From assembly GCA_003971905.1 (NCBI GenBank), contig RSEE01000001.1, forward strand, positions 1,674,001 to 1,738,000: a stretch of 64,000 bases of DNA, written 5' to 3'. A model generated the notes under the pieces. The model saw only the letters and a program-made list of their open reading frames with translations, made no database searches and had not been told where the DNA came from. Position numbers and translations under genes: made by a program. Shown in pieces: positions 10,381 to 23,446 of this stretch. This stretch comes from Moniliella sp. 'wahieum'. Taxonomy: Eukaryota. The first letter of the stretch is position 1; each line of letters opens with the position of its first letter.

Positions 10381-13300
10381 AGGGAGAGGACAAAACGAGA
10401 GGGAGCACTATATATCCGTCTACCCCGCGTCTTCAGCTATACAAAAAACATTCATCTCTACTACGTCGTATCACATGTCACGGCTTAATGAAAGGCCGCT
10501 TCACCTAGTTGTCTCTGTCTCTATCCCCATTCCTGCCTACCACCAGCGCGCTATATAGGCGCCGCATAATGGGCCTGGGGCTGTGCGCAACTCCGCCATG
10601 TGTGCTGCTACGATTACACTTGCTACTGTTACCGCTACAAAAGGAGAGTGGTAGCTGTTGCAATGGCGGTAGTGCAAAAGGAGGGTTAAGCAAGTCAAGA
10701 GGACTCGACTCCTCAAAAGCTTTTCGAAGTTGAAAAGAAGAGTGTTTTGGAAGGCACGGCAGGAATATCGCCATCAGTGTAAGGCAAAAGAAGTTCCATT
10801 GGAATAAACTCCGGGTTGGGGCACGCACACGAATTACGAAAAAAGGCGCGTAAGATGGCTGGGGTCTCGATGCCCTAGAGTGTATGGAGGCTATTACCAC
10901 ACCATGCCGAATGCAAAGAGTTTCTGTAGTAGATGATTGCAAAATGCTGGAAGAGAGGCATATTTGGCTGTTCAACGATCACCGACACCGTTAGTAATCA
11001 TGGCATTACGATGTCCCACTCCACATGCCGGAAGACGGATCCTACAAAAGGCACACTCTTCTCCACAGTCGAGATTTATCCGCAATAATGTAAGTCATAG
11101 ACATGAGAGCTAGTATAGCCAAATACGAAAAGGAGGCATTGAATTGACTGTTCTCATGACTTCCGTGACTGCTCATATATCGGAAGAATACAAAGACAAT
11201 TCCTCGAATCGGAGCGACCCCAGCATACTATATGCAACCAACGAGGTGAGGTAACACGTGTTATGTGTGACAGCAGGACCATCCAATGCCGCTGGGTGGA
11301 AGACTTTCCAACGCTAGAAGTGATATAGGTGGTATTAGGAAGCCTGACGAAGAAACTGGTCGATTGGACCGTGCTGTATAGGAGAGACTGACGGAATGAA
11401 CCGCACAGGAATCTGGTCACGCGACGCGATCCAAGCGAGCACAATACCCTCGATCTCTACAGTAAAAACGCAGTCAAAAAACTCATTCTCCCTTACGTTT
11501 CGAGCTCTGTAAAACGGCGAAGTAACCCTTCTGAGGAAGGAAGACACTCACGGTTCTCACACAGCCGATTGACAATCATAAATCAAGGGATTCTTCTGCC
11601 CCTACCAGTAAACTGACCGTGGTAAATTTATACGAGATATGCATTCCACAGGGAACGAGGCATATACCGCCGAAGATCGGATGGATCATCCTCAAAAATA
11701 AAGGCGTGGGTGCGTTTCCAGCACGTTTTGCAACGAATGTGTCATAGCACCCCCGCTTTCCCCAGTTCATATAGGAGTATAAGCAAGAGTATCAGTACAG
11801 CATCAAAGAGAGGATAGTGCGGGTATATGCAACATGCGTTTTGGAACTATGGCGGGACGAGGAAACCACACGGCCTAGCGGACGAACGACGGGTCCCGTC
11901 CCTACAAGGTTGCCCTTCAGTGATACTAAGTCATTGTATTGCCGAGCTGGTCTCCCCTCTAGTGCCGGCATGTAGCCTGCCTTCTGGCGCCTCCCTCAGA
12001 GATACCCCTTGCTCACGCGTTGTCATTGTATTGCCGAGCTGTACGGCAAAGAAGACCAGGAGCTCAATGGACGTTCGGGATTGATTGTTGGTGAGCAAAA
12101 GTAGAGAGTAGCGGAGAGGAAGTAGGATGGAGTGGAAGAGAGGGAAGACTAAGAGCTCTGACTGCCGAGGCATCTAGAAGGAGGCATGTAGGTCGGCCAC
12201 ACTTTTCCGCCCATGCGGAAGTAGCGGAGTTAGCTGCTGGATGGAAGTGACTGGGAGGGCCAGAGCCCGGCTATGCTCTTGGCACGCTGCACTAGTGTAT
12301 CAACAGTCTGCCTCAGGTAGGAAATCCTACCACAGCGGTAGGATCCGCCTCAACCTGCCCGTGGTCTCAGTAGTACTCCGCAGTCCGACCTCTCCGTATA
12401 CTCAGTTGCCCAGAAGCACGGACTGGACACGCCGTTTTGAAATGCACTTCTTACACAGAGTACGCTAAACACGCCAGGCTGTTGTTGACGCCTACTATGC
12501 AGATCGGCCCTTGCCGGTAATCTTTTTAGTGCCCGTCCAACTCCCGTTTCACCCACCCCAGTGCGGGCACTCGCTCCCGGCCGGTGCCTATACGCGATAG
12601 AACGGAGTCACCCGCTGGCGAAATATAGTTGTAGCGAGAGAACTCCAGCCAGATTTGTTCTGGTGGTCCATATAGTCTGGAAGTATTATGCGGATCTTCA
12701 CAATGGTTCCTGTTTTCTGTATGTTCTTGTTGTTCACAAGAAGGTCATGAGCCCTCTTATACAAGTGAATTTGAATTTAGAGAGAGGTACATGTGCCAGA
12801 CCGCCACATCCTCCTCCATTCCAGCCTCCCATCCTTCTGGAAATCATCATTCTCCCCTTTGTTCGTTAGCGGTGTTGTCTCTTCAATCGCATTACAGTTT
12901 CAGATGGTTCATTCAAACTCACAGCTTCGACATTTTGGGTATGCATCTTGCTCCACAATCCGTATCCGATAGGGAATGTTGTTAGCATGTACACCATGGA
13001 AATTATCTTCGGAAGGGTAAAATAGAAGGGGCCAAAAGAGGTGATGCAGGTGTGTAAGGAAATGCTACAGGGTATCGTTGTTCGTCCTCTCTTGCATATG
13101 ATGATCCTTTCTATATCCTTCGGCTTATGTATATGATCCTTTTCTATCATTCTTGCATATCATCTCACCGACAATGCGTTGAACATCCAATCGGCGCAGC
13201 GGTCATGACCAAAACTACTATACCCTCGTCTCTTTGATCTCATCATGTGCCCTGCAATCGCACCGTGGTAACCGCGACAGCTCATACTATGGGTCACTAG

Positions 13301-14502
13301 CCGCATGTTTCAGTCTGGTACTGTTTGAGTTCGTCCCATCCCAAAGAGTGTGGGCGGTGCGATTCACTTGCATTGTACCCGGGGAAAGGTCCATCGAAGT
13401 TCAAATTGGTAGTTCCTCTTCTAATTGCGTAGCCCGTCGAATCGTTCTTGAGGGTTATGGCAGGGGGGCAGACGCATATGCCCCAGCCAACTCAACGATC
13501 AAGGTGCGACAGAGCCACCTATACGGTCTTGCGGGTGCAGTGGTTGTTCAGGCACTGTGGGGTGGGGGGGGGGGGGGGGTTAGACGTGTGCTTTGCCGTG
13601 ACGCCACACTGATGTAGTGGCGCCGGTAGCCCAAGCCCAGAATCTTTGCGTTCATTCCTTGCAATATATTCCCTTCCTGGCGGGCATGAATATTCTTTAG
13701 CTCATGTGCAATGCAATACGCCGTCAACATCCTGCTCTCTCGTCTGCTACAGTTTTTGCTGCCCGGACGATCCTTCCCCAGGTATTCCTACTCTACAGCG
13801 CACCCGCCCAGGAAAACCGTGGGTGCTGGGTCGGATTGAGAGGAGGGGGATTGCGAGACGAAGCAAGAGATGGGTAGGGGCCAAGGATACGCACGGTCCT
13901 ACGCCCGACAGTGCCCTGCCTCCGCCGCCAGTTGTTTGTTGGTGGAGCAGGGTGGCTGGCAGCAAAAAAACCGAGCTGAACTTTGGCAAGCGGCCTGGTA
14001 AGAAGCTGCGCAAGACGCGCGCAGTGGCAAGCGGCTTGCGGTGGGTGGCACACAGGCGCTGCGCTTGCTGGGGTGGTGTGTGCAGTGCGGTGCAGTGCGG
14101 TGCAAGGCGGTGCAGTGCCACGCCGTTCTGTGTGCTGTGCTGCGGTGCGCAGCATGCAAGGAGTGTGGCAATTTGGGTTGCTCGGGTGAGAGCGAGTACG
14201 CACGGCGCCGCTCGCCTCCGCACGCACGCACCAGCGTGCTGTGGCGCCGGCTGCGACGAGGCGGCGTGCAAGGGTGTATTGGGGCATACGGCCAGTGTGG
14301 GGACTCCCGGTGCGACAACGGTGTGGGATACGGCTTCCGCGCTGCGGTGGACCGCAGCGGGCGCGGGGCAGTGTTGCGAGCGGTCGGGCTTGGCGAGCAC
14401 CTGCTGTCACCTGCTCGCCCTCCCCCCCCCGTCTGGCCCCCCGTCTGCCCCCCCGCCAGCCGAACAACGGCCGCCACCACCACCTCCCCCCCCCCCCCGC
14501 CC

Positions 14503-16586
14503 ATGCCACCTTACCTGCCCCCCGACCGCTCCGCGCGTCGGGCCAGGCGTACGGCCCCGTCCCCACCACCGACACCTGGGCCGCCTCTTCTACCACTTCC
14601 CACCCTCCGCCTCTGCCTCTGCCTCTGCCTCCGCCTCCGCCACCTTCCCCCTGGCAATGCCGCGTCCTCTCCCCCCGTCCGCTGCCATGTGGGACACCCG
14701 TCCCGAGCCCGACGACTTTCTGCACAACCCCGACCCCAAGGGAGAGCGCGGATTTGGCGGGGTGGACATCAAGGGTCTCATCAATGTGCTTACCGTCGCT
14801 ACCATCCTCGGTGGTCTGCTGATGCTTTTGCTGGCTACCCGTTGTTGGACCACTTTCTTCAGCACAACAAGAACCTTCTCCAGCTCAATGCCTCAGGTCA
14901 GATCGCTGCGCTACCCAACATGCGCCAGTTGATTGACCCCGACACGCCTGCCAATGCGCACAGCTGGACCTCCATGATGGACGGCACCAAGTACAGCCTT
15001 GTGTTTTCCGACGAGTTTGAGCGCGATGGGCGCACGTTTTGGCCAGGCGACGACCCGTTCTGGGAAGCGGTGGATATTTACTATGGCGCCACCAACGACT
15101 TTGAGTGGTACGCGCCCGAGGCGGTCAATACCACGGGGGCGGGCAATGCAGATCACCATGTCCCAAAAGGATACCCACAACCTCAACTTTCAGTCGGGCA
15201 TGGTGCAGAGCTGGAACAAACTTTGTTTCCAGGGCGGCTACCTCGAGATGGCCGTCAAACTTCCTGGCACCCAGGAAACCCGTGGCTTCTGGCCCGGCCT
15301 CTGGACCATGGGCAACCTCGGTCGGCCTGGCTACCTGGGCAGTACCGATGGAATGTGGCCGTACGTTTTCTTTTTCATCTTTTTCTTTTTCTTTTCCTTT
15401 CGCGTACCCTCCTATACTCCGTGATGGTGACGAACGCCCCCAACTAACCTAATCTAACCTACTCTACCCTTCTCCTGTCACTGCAGATACTCGTACGCGG
15501 CGTGTGACTGGGGCACACTGCCCAACCAAACCAATCCCGATAAATCAGGCGCAAAGCGTTGCATGCCAACGGTCCCTACTCGTATCAATACAGAACCGCC
15601 TTTCCTACCTCCCTGGCCAACGCACCTCGGCCTGCACGTGCGAGGGGAGGACCATCCCGGTCCTCACGTTGGCGTCAGTCGCTCTGCGCCCGAGATTGAT
15701 ATTGTCGAAGCACAAAATTCTCAAAAAGTGGGCCAGGCGAGCCAGAGTCTGCAGGTACGTTTTTGGTTGCCGTTGATCATTGCTTTTCTCCTTTTTTTCT
15801 TCTCTGGTGCAGGTGGGAGCTGACCAACGCACCGCCGCGTTCGCATTGTAGGTCGCGCCGTACGACACGGACTACTGGTGGCACAACAAGAGTGCTCAGT
15901 TTTGGCAAGGTACGCATGTCAACTCGTATACGGGCTCGGTGTATCAGGAGGCTGTGTCGGGGGTGGCTGCGATCCCCGAAACAGCCTATGTCGATGCGGA
16001 CGGGTCGACGTTCACCACGTTTGGGATTGAGGTGGTGCCGGATTACGAGGAAAATGGAAGTGGGTCCATCACGTGGTACCTCAATGGGCAACGGACATGG
16101 CATGCGCCTTCGGCCGTCGTTCCGGCCGATCCCGTCGTTAACATTTCCCAGCGCATCATCCCCGTGGAACCCATGTCGATCGTGATGAATTTGGGTACGT
16201 TTTTGTGTCTGTGTCCGTGATTGTGTGCGATTGGTTGTGTCGCCTGTGCGCTCTGCCTGTGATCGATGATTCCTAACCCAGCTCTGGTTCGTTTTTGCCT
16301 GTGCTTGTGCTTGTACTTGTGGTTATGCTGGTGGTTTGGTAGGCATCTCGTCCGGCTTCCAGACGGTGTACTGGGACGAGATTACGTTCCCGGCCCGGAT
16401 GCTGATTGACTATGCGCGGCTGTACCAAAAGGCCGGCGAGACGCCCAAACTGAGCTGCGACCCTCCGGACCACCCGACGGCCAAGTACATCAACGATCAC
16501 CTCGACCTGTACATGAACCCCAACCACTCGGTCTTCCCGCGCGACCAATTCCCGTGGCCCAAGAACCGCTCGTCGATACGTGCTGA
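14503..16586 (+). CDS. KRE6: Beta-1,6-glucan synthesis-associated protein, KRE6/SKN1 family (GH16); three introns; start uncertain (14503 or 14657)
   Basis: EPDDFLHNPD, a TM segment + FAGYP, LVFSDEF..DGRTFWPGDDPFWEAVD, SGMVQSWNKLCFQGG, GFWPGLWTMGNLGRPGY, RSAPEIDIVEA, PVEPMSIVMNLG, CDPPDHPT..YI. Confidence 0.93.
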
Positions 16587-17137
16587 GGCAGGGGTGATGC
16601 CGCTAATGCAGCTGATGCACTGCAAATCGTGTAGCTGATGACCCCCCCACCCTCGCTACAGGCCTCCACCCAAGTCACCCAACCTTCCCTTCGGTTGTTG
16701 CATCCACCTTACCTGCTTTTTCGTCTCGCTACGGACTGTACAGACTGTACCCATCTCTCGCTATCCTCTTTTCCTTCCCCTTCGCTTTTTTCCCTGTCGC
16801 ATCCTGCATCAGGACACTTGTCACATCGTACACCGTACATCATATGCATATGATCAGCCACCAGAAGAGGCTCAGGCCCGAGGGCCAGGTTGGGGGTTGG
16901 GCGTCGGTGGTGGTAGAGTTGGCAGTTGGGACGCGATCGCGACGAAGCCCTTTCCCTTTGCCTACTGCATCATGTATGCTGCCGCAGCGGAATTCCGATG
17001 GGGGTAAGCAGGGTGATCGATGACGCTGATGCATGATACATGGCTCAGCCAGGAGACCAATTCCGCCGTTGCCGCCCGCTACGCGGCGGGTCGAGGGACT
17101 CGGGGGGAGAGATTGATTGCCACAACCACCGGCGGCG

Positions 17138-17565
17138 ATGGTGTGCAAGACGTGTGAGAAGAAGCTCGGGACCAAGTCGTCTGCGCCTGATCCCTACCGC
17201 AACCGAGCGATTGGAGGGTCGCTGCTGGGCAAGGCCAAGGGATCTGCCGCCAAGGCTGGTGCGGCAGGCGCGGCAGGCACGTCCAAGAACGTCTCGAGCA
17301 CCAACAAATTGCTCGGGTCCAAACACAAGTACGCGTCGGCACCAAGTGCAAGATTTGTCGCTCCACCGTGTCCCAGGAGAAAGCAACTTACTGCCAAGGT
17401 ATGCATGCCTCTCTGCTTACCCCTTGTTCCATGTTCCTTGCTGCCCGTGCGCAAACCATCTGACCGCGCTCTTCTGTCCCAGCCTGTGCCTACAAAAAAG
17501 GACTGTGCGCCATCTGCGGCAAGATCATCCTCGACACGTCCAAGTACAAGCAATCGGTCGCCTGA
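17138..17565 (+). CDS. CRIPT: CRIPT (cysteine-rich PDZ-binding protein) homolog; intron about 17399-17482
   Basis: MVCKTCEKKL...PDP...NKLL...KCKIC...YCQ|ACAYKKGLCAICGKIILDTSKYKQSVA*. Confidence 0.9.
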
Positions 17566-17687
17566 GCTGTGCTCGTGCTCACCTAACCCTATATCCCTAG
17601 TTGACGCGCCCGCCCCGCGCTCTCACGCCGGCAAGGAAGAGGGGCAAGGCAACCCAAAGAGGCAGTATGCATTTTTTGCAGCGTGGT

Positions 17688-19983
17688 TTACGAGGACGCC
17701 GAAGCAGGGGGTGAAGCAGGGGGTGGGACCTGTTCTTCCCTGCCCGCCTGCTCGGCTGCTTCTTGCTGCTCCAACTCGTTCAATTCGGCATTCTCAATGT
17801 CCGACTCGACGTTCTCGTCTGCGCCATCTTGCTCGGCGTCCTCGGCCTCCTCCTCTTGCTGCTTTTTGACAAAGGCCTCCGCCATGGCAATGCTGCGCTT
17901 GAGCGTTTTGGGATGGGAGGAAAAATGAAGCGAGCTGTTGCCGGTCAGTTCGGCGGCATGATGCTCGTCTCGGGCAGCTCGCCCCAAGGGTTGAGGTATC
18001 CAAACAATGGCGTCCAGTGCTGGTCAATGTATTGGATCCAGTTGGAAAACACACCATGGTCTCGCTCGGCATCAAAGATGTGAGGGTAAATGTGATCGTG
18101 CTTGAAGGTGGTTACTTCGGTCGATCGTCTGGCTCGACGTTGGGGAAAAAGGGAAGAACCGAGTCCTGTTTGCGTTTGGCTAGGTCGCGATGGTAGTACT
18201 CAAACACTGGGCTCTGCAGAAACAGCCCGGCGGCAGGAGCAATGGGGATGAGCATGCGCGGTTGTTGGAAAAAGTGGTACCATAGCTTGAGTGGGGTGCG
18301 GGACCGCGTGGTCAGAACCACGGCAGCTATCATTTTGCGGATCTGATGCAAATAAACGACACGCCGTGCAACCGGAACGAAACGTATTCCAGTCCGTCCT
18401 TACCGATAAAGGGTCCGAGATGCTCAGTTCCTTCATGTACCGCCACGCACTCGGATCGCTCGAGCGACGACGGACGCTAAAGTTGTGGAAATTGTGTTTG
18501 CTGATCATCATTCCCAGGTTCTTCCGCGCCCGCTCCAGTTGCCACGAGGGCAAACGGAACTGCTTCATGCGCGCATATACGTCCTCCATAAAACCTTTTC
18601 TTCGGGCGTGCGCTCGCGCGACTCGTCCCAGCGACGGAACCAGTGCCGCTGGATCAGCGCTTCCTCCTTCTCCTCTTGTTCGGGAGAAAGACGGAGGTCA
18701 ACACCTTCTTGTTCCATCCGCGCCTGACGTTGACGCTTCGGATGGTAACCTGGTGACGTTCACGGAAGTCCTCAGGGACCGGGGTAGGCGGTGCGGGGGG
18801 CTTAGGACCCAGACCTTCCCAGGAAGGATGGTTTAGCACATAGTCCCACGAGGGCAGAGGGGTTCGGTTCGGAACAAGTCCGCCATCCACACAGGCATCG
18901 TGACCGAGTCAATCCAATCGTTTCCACCACTCTCCGTCGCTTGCCCTGGGCCATTTCCTCGTCATGGAACGTTTGGAAGTGGGCATGCATCGACGTGTAG
19001 GGGGCAGGGTTGGAAAAGGAACGTAGGCAAAATATACTCGTACTACGGGAGCTGGCAAACGTACGCGCTTGGAACCCACGAGGGGCACGAAGCAAACCAA
19101 AAATCCGAATGTCATCGGGAAGGTACTGGTTGATCTTGTTGCGCAGCTCCCGCACGTCTTGTTGGGCGATCGCCTGTACTTTTTCCACCTCCTCCAGCGT
19201 TGTAGGCGTTGGCGGTATCCCAGCCAAGGTCCGTCCTCGGCTCTTCACTTTCTCATGGGCAGGAGATTGAGTGGGACAGTTGGTCAGGTGATAATTCTCT
19301 TCCGCCTCGGCCGCCTGAATCAGCGAGACAGGTAGCTCGAGTTCATTGACAACACATTCATCGCTGCATGACGCCAGCATCGGTTCGGGCGGCGCGACGC
19401 ATATCCACCTTGGCAGGGTTGACTGCATTGGCCTTGGAAACGCGCCGGCGGCTGCCATGGCAGCAAACACATCCCCCTCATCGTCTCCACACCCATGTTG
19501 ACCTGCAGGCCCTTGTACGCCGTCCCAGCGTATCCCAACACGACAGCACACTTGCGCTTCCGCATGTTCTCTTCTTGAGCAGTACTGGCCGAGTCCTGGT
19601 CGCTGGGTTGCACTTTGGGCTTCCAACCTTCGATTTGTGGAGAGAGCCCTGGTTCAAGTCCAAGCGACTTGCCTCGGGGCCTTGGGCGCCCGTCCTCGGC
19701 ACGCGCCTTGACCCACTCGATCATCCGCGGATTCAAGCTTATCTCGGGACGTTTGCGCACACGACCTTCGTCCGGGTTGGGTCCGTCTTGGGACTTGGCT
19801 GCCTCGGGCGTAGCTTGCTCTCCGCCTGATCCGCATGGGAGCGCGCAGTGTCCGAGAAAGGGCGGGCTGGGCGGTGTGCTTGGCCTCCGCCGAGAGCGGC
19901 TGGAGCGGTATACGCCCTGTACGAAGAGGCAGGCGGGGGCGTGTACGCAGCGCCGCCACGGCGGCCCTTCCTGCGACAAGCAT
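17688..19983 (-). CDS. PUS1: tRNA pseudouridine synthase, TruA/Pus1 family, with an Arg-rich putative mitochondrial presequence; indels
   Basis: KRKCAVVLGYAGTAYKGLQ, INQYLPDDIRIF, HNFHNFS, HQIRKMI, IPIAPAAGLFL..PVFEYY. Confidence 0.85.
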
Positions 19984-20337
19984 GGGGGAGGTGGAGGTGG
20001 AGGCGAGAGAAGGCACGCAGCTCCGGGTTTAATTATGGTCTACTGCCCACAAGAAGCTTTTTTTTGCGGTTGCGGCCTGCGTTTCGTTTAAATGTTCCCT
20101 GGCCCATCCGGGCGCCGGGCATCATCGAGTGAGTATTGATCGGTGATCAGTAGCCATTGTGCACCACCTGTCTGTCCCAGCCGCCCTCCCTTTCCTCCGA
20201 CACGTCCTGCCTGCGCCGTCCGATTGCTCCCCTTCCCGCCCCCCCAACAGAGTTCAGCTGCCACCATCTATTCCGGCACGCTTATACAACAACAAAGAAG
20301 GAAGCACCCATACCATCCAGTCCCCCCCGCCTGTCCC

Positions 20338-22378
20338 TTACAAGAACGCTTCAATGTCCAACTCGAACGCCGAGCAAGGGTAGTCGATCGAGAACTTCTG
20401 CAGCACCTCCGGGTGCAGCACACCAATGTGGCCCACAACCCGATCCCGGTTCGACGCTTTGGGGTTGGTCGCCTTGGGCTTCCGACGGAGAGCAACGGCA
20501 GCCGAAGTGCGGTTGACAAACTCGTCCGTTCCACCGGTGATCTCCTTGGCATTGTCCGCCTGCCCAGGCAGGGCGGCAGCCAATTTGGTTCCCAACGTCT
20601 CGAGGCCGACGAGCCACTTACCGCCTTGCCCGCTTCGGACTGGGAGGCGGGACGGTAGACAATCGAAGCGCACTGAACGGGCCAGAAAGTAGGCTCGTCC
20701 GATTGCTCGAGGTACCAGCCCTGGTCGGCCTCGGTATCTTGCGAGTGGATCCGGGGCACCTCGAGCTTGCGCAGCAGTTGGTCCAATGCACCGTGCACAA
20801 TCTCAAAGTTGGCAGCCCGGTTCGAGTAGAGCACGGCAGCGTGCCGCTGGTTTTTCGATCCCACATCCGCAGCGTCCGGAAGGAAGAGGGGGGAAGAAGG
20901 GTCAGCCTCGGCAGCGGTGGTCTTGGTAACGATGTCCTGCACCTCAAACAGACGCAGAGGCAGGGCATGTTTCCTGTTCTCCCGCACCGTCTTGAGCAAG
21001 CCCGGCAAGAGCGAAGTCCGCACCACGCCAAACTCGGCCGTCTTGGGGTTCTCCAGCTTGACAGCCGAACCATCGTCCTTCTTTCGGAGCGCAGTAAAGT
21101 TTTCCTCTTCCGAACAGAGAATAAGCGACAAGACTTCGATCCATCCGGCCAGCGCGAGCTCGGTACGGACCACATCGCCCAACTTGTTGATCGGCAACGG
21201 CTTGCCCACCCCACCAACGTCAGGGAAGCGGCGCTTCAAGTTATCGAACCCATACGCTACCGCTGCATCTTCCAGCAAGTCGCACGCCGCCAGCACATCC
21301 GGCCGCGTGCAAGGAATGTCGACCTCAACTTCTCCATCAGGCCCGAGCTGGGTACCTTGTGGCACACGCGTTTGGTGCCCCATCTTAACCAGCAGTGCAG
21401 CCACCTCGTCGGGCGTGAGTTGAAGGCCAGTACCCGAATTGACATACGACGTTTTGACACTCGTCTTGCGGGAAGAGAGGTCCGGCGTGAGGTGGGTCTT
21501 ACCATCGGGGTAAACGATCTTGACAGGCTCGATCGCAAACGGCTCGGCACAGTATTCGGAGAACATGGTGACGAGGATGTTCATCGCAAACGTCAATCGC
21601 GTCTCGTCAATTGCAGTAATCTCGATAAAGACGTCGGTTGTGTTGAGCGTGATCTTGGAATGCTCCGAGTTGATGATGGGGGGCAAAGAGCAAACCGTGC
21701 CCTTGGAGTCGAGCACGACGGGGTAGACGGGCTTGTCACGGATAATGGGGAGGTACGGTTTGAGGTGACTGTCGTGCTCGTACAGAGCCATCAGCTCGTT
21801 CCCATCTACCGCCTTGGTCTGGTTCAGCGGCACAAATTTGATGTCCTTGGGGGGCTTGGCGTCGTAGGTGAACGGACCGGTGATGGTGTTGAGGTCATGG
21901 GTGCCCATGGAAACAAGAGTACGGCGGCGGGCCAAGTCTGGTGCAACTTATCCTGCAGATCAATGAAGCTGGCGTAGTTGTCGGGCGTGAACTTGATGCC
22001 ACGCAGGACAGCACCTTGGATGTAGGGCCGCACCTTGGACGGGTTGGGCGTAACGTGGATCTCCAGAGGCTTACCGTCCGCCGTCTTGGGGTAGCAAGGC
22101 GGTACTGGGGGGCTCGGCGCGGCCAAGATAGACGTTGAGAGCTCGAGAGATCCCCTCGTGGCACAACATGTCGTACCGGTTGGCCGGGATGTCGATCTTG
22201 AGCTCGGGGCGGGTGCCAGGGGGCAGCTGGTGGCCGTCCTTGGCCGCCTCGAGCTCCGTATCTTCATCGAGCTCAATACCGAACTGGAAGCAGAGCTCGT
22301 CGAACTCCTGGGACGTGTAGCCGGGGGAGCACCGATGGCCTGGAAGAAGCGCTGCTTGTCGACAGTCACAGTCGGCAT
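20338..22378 (-). CDS. FRS1: Cytoplasmic phenylalanyl-tRNA synthetase beta subunit
   Basis: [79 protein letters not shown]. Confidence 0.95.
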
Positions 22379-22757
22379 CGTGGAGGGAGATGGCGGTGGG
22401 GCAGACGGAGACAACAGGCGCTGCTCAGACGTTGACTCAGAGAAGGCAAACGGAAATGCACCTGCGACGGCAGCACTAATTCCGCCCGACCTTCCGCCAC
22501 GCCGCCTGGCGCAGCAGAGGCAGTGTCACATGTCATGTGACCTGGTAGCTGGCACTCTGCGCGCCGTATACTGGTCACGTGTCACGCCCCCGCCAGGCAT
22601 CAAGTCATCCCAGCCGATGGAGAAGTAATCCATGCGGTGCGGCGTTTCCTGCAGCTGCTTTTCCTGCGCGCCGAACGAGATAGTCCAACACGGACTGTTC
22701 ATGACAACCAGTCTTAGGGTCTACGCCAGAATACACTCGAAGGCATCGCACCTAATT

Positions 22758-22856
22758 GCTTCAATGGGTTAGTGGTATACTACATCGTTGCCAGGCACGG
22801 CGCCAGTCTCCGTTTAAGACATCGATGTGACAGGGGTTCGATTCCCCTTTGAAGCA
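22758..22856 (+). tRNA. tRNA-Gly(GCC) with a 28-nt intron (22794-22821)
   Basis: Acceptor GCTTCAA/TTGAAGC, D-arm GGT-TAGTGGTAT-ACT, anticodon stem CATCG/CGATG with TT-GCC-A loop, T-arm AGGGG-TTCGATT-CCCCT, discriminator A, and a downstream T-run Pol III terminator. Confidence 0.93.
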
Positions 22857-23446
22857 ATCTTTTTTTGTCGCACGCAGATGGATTGGTTGGTGTGCGGCCT
22901 CTGTCATGATTACAACCAAGCCATCCAACGTTGTTGACACCACCTTTCCTATCCTATCTGCGTGGACGCTGACTTGGCTCCGCGATACCCTGGCTGTATA
23001 AATAAGTCACTACCCGTCTCATGCCCCCCCGCGCCTCTCTTGAGAAGCACATCCTCCATTCTCCTCCTCTGTCCACCCCATCTCCAAGGCAGCAGACCGC
23101 GTGGTGACAGAGGCAAGGGCGATGCGATGCCATGGAGACGACTGGGCCTTTGTGGTTGTGGAGGCCGAGAGGCCTGCTTTGGCTTTGTTGGTCCGGCTGC
23201 CCTGCTGAGGCAGGCCAGCGACATCACCCGCTCGTCGAACCCGCCGGATGCTTGACGAAGCAGACAGAAGACACCGATTACGTCACTGCTATCTACGTGC
23301 AGTTGCACCGAACAATTTTTTCGCCGACATTGGCTTGTCAGTCAACTGGGCCTCGCGGCTTATATAGCCACCAGCGCTACGCCACCTCGCGCGACCCCAC
23401 CCCACCACCACACACTTCCTCGGCACATCTGCACCATGGGCAAAAG

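Noticed and set aside
13646..14500. Long Cys/Arg-rich ORFs upstream of KRE6
   Set aside because: They arise from GC-rich (GTGCG/GTGCA) low-complexity DNA that is open in several frames on both strands, with no protein-like motif.
20703..21977. 424-aa plus-strand ORF
   Set aside because: Antisense shadow of FRS1 caused by codon bias.
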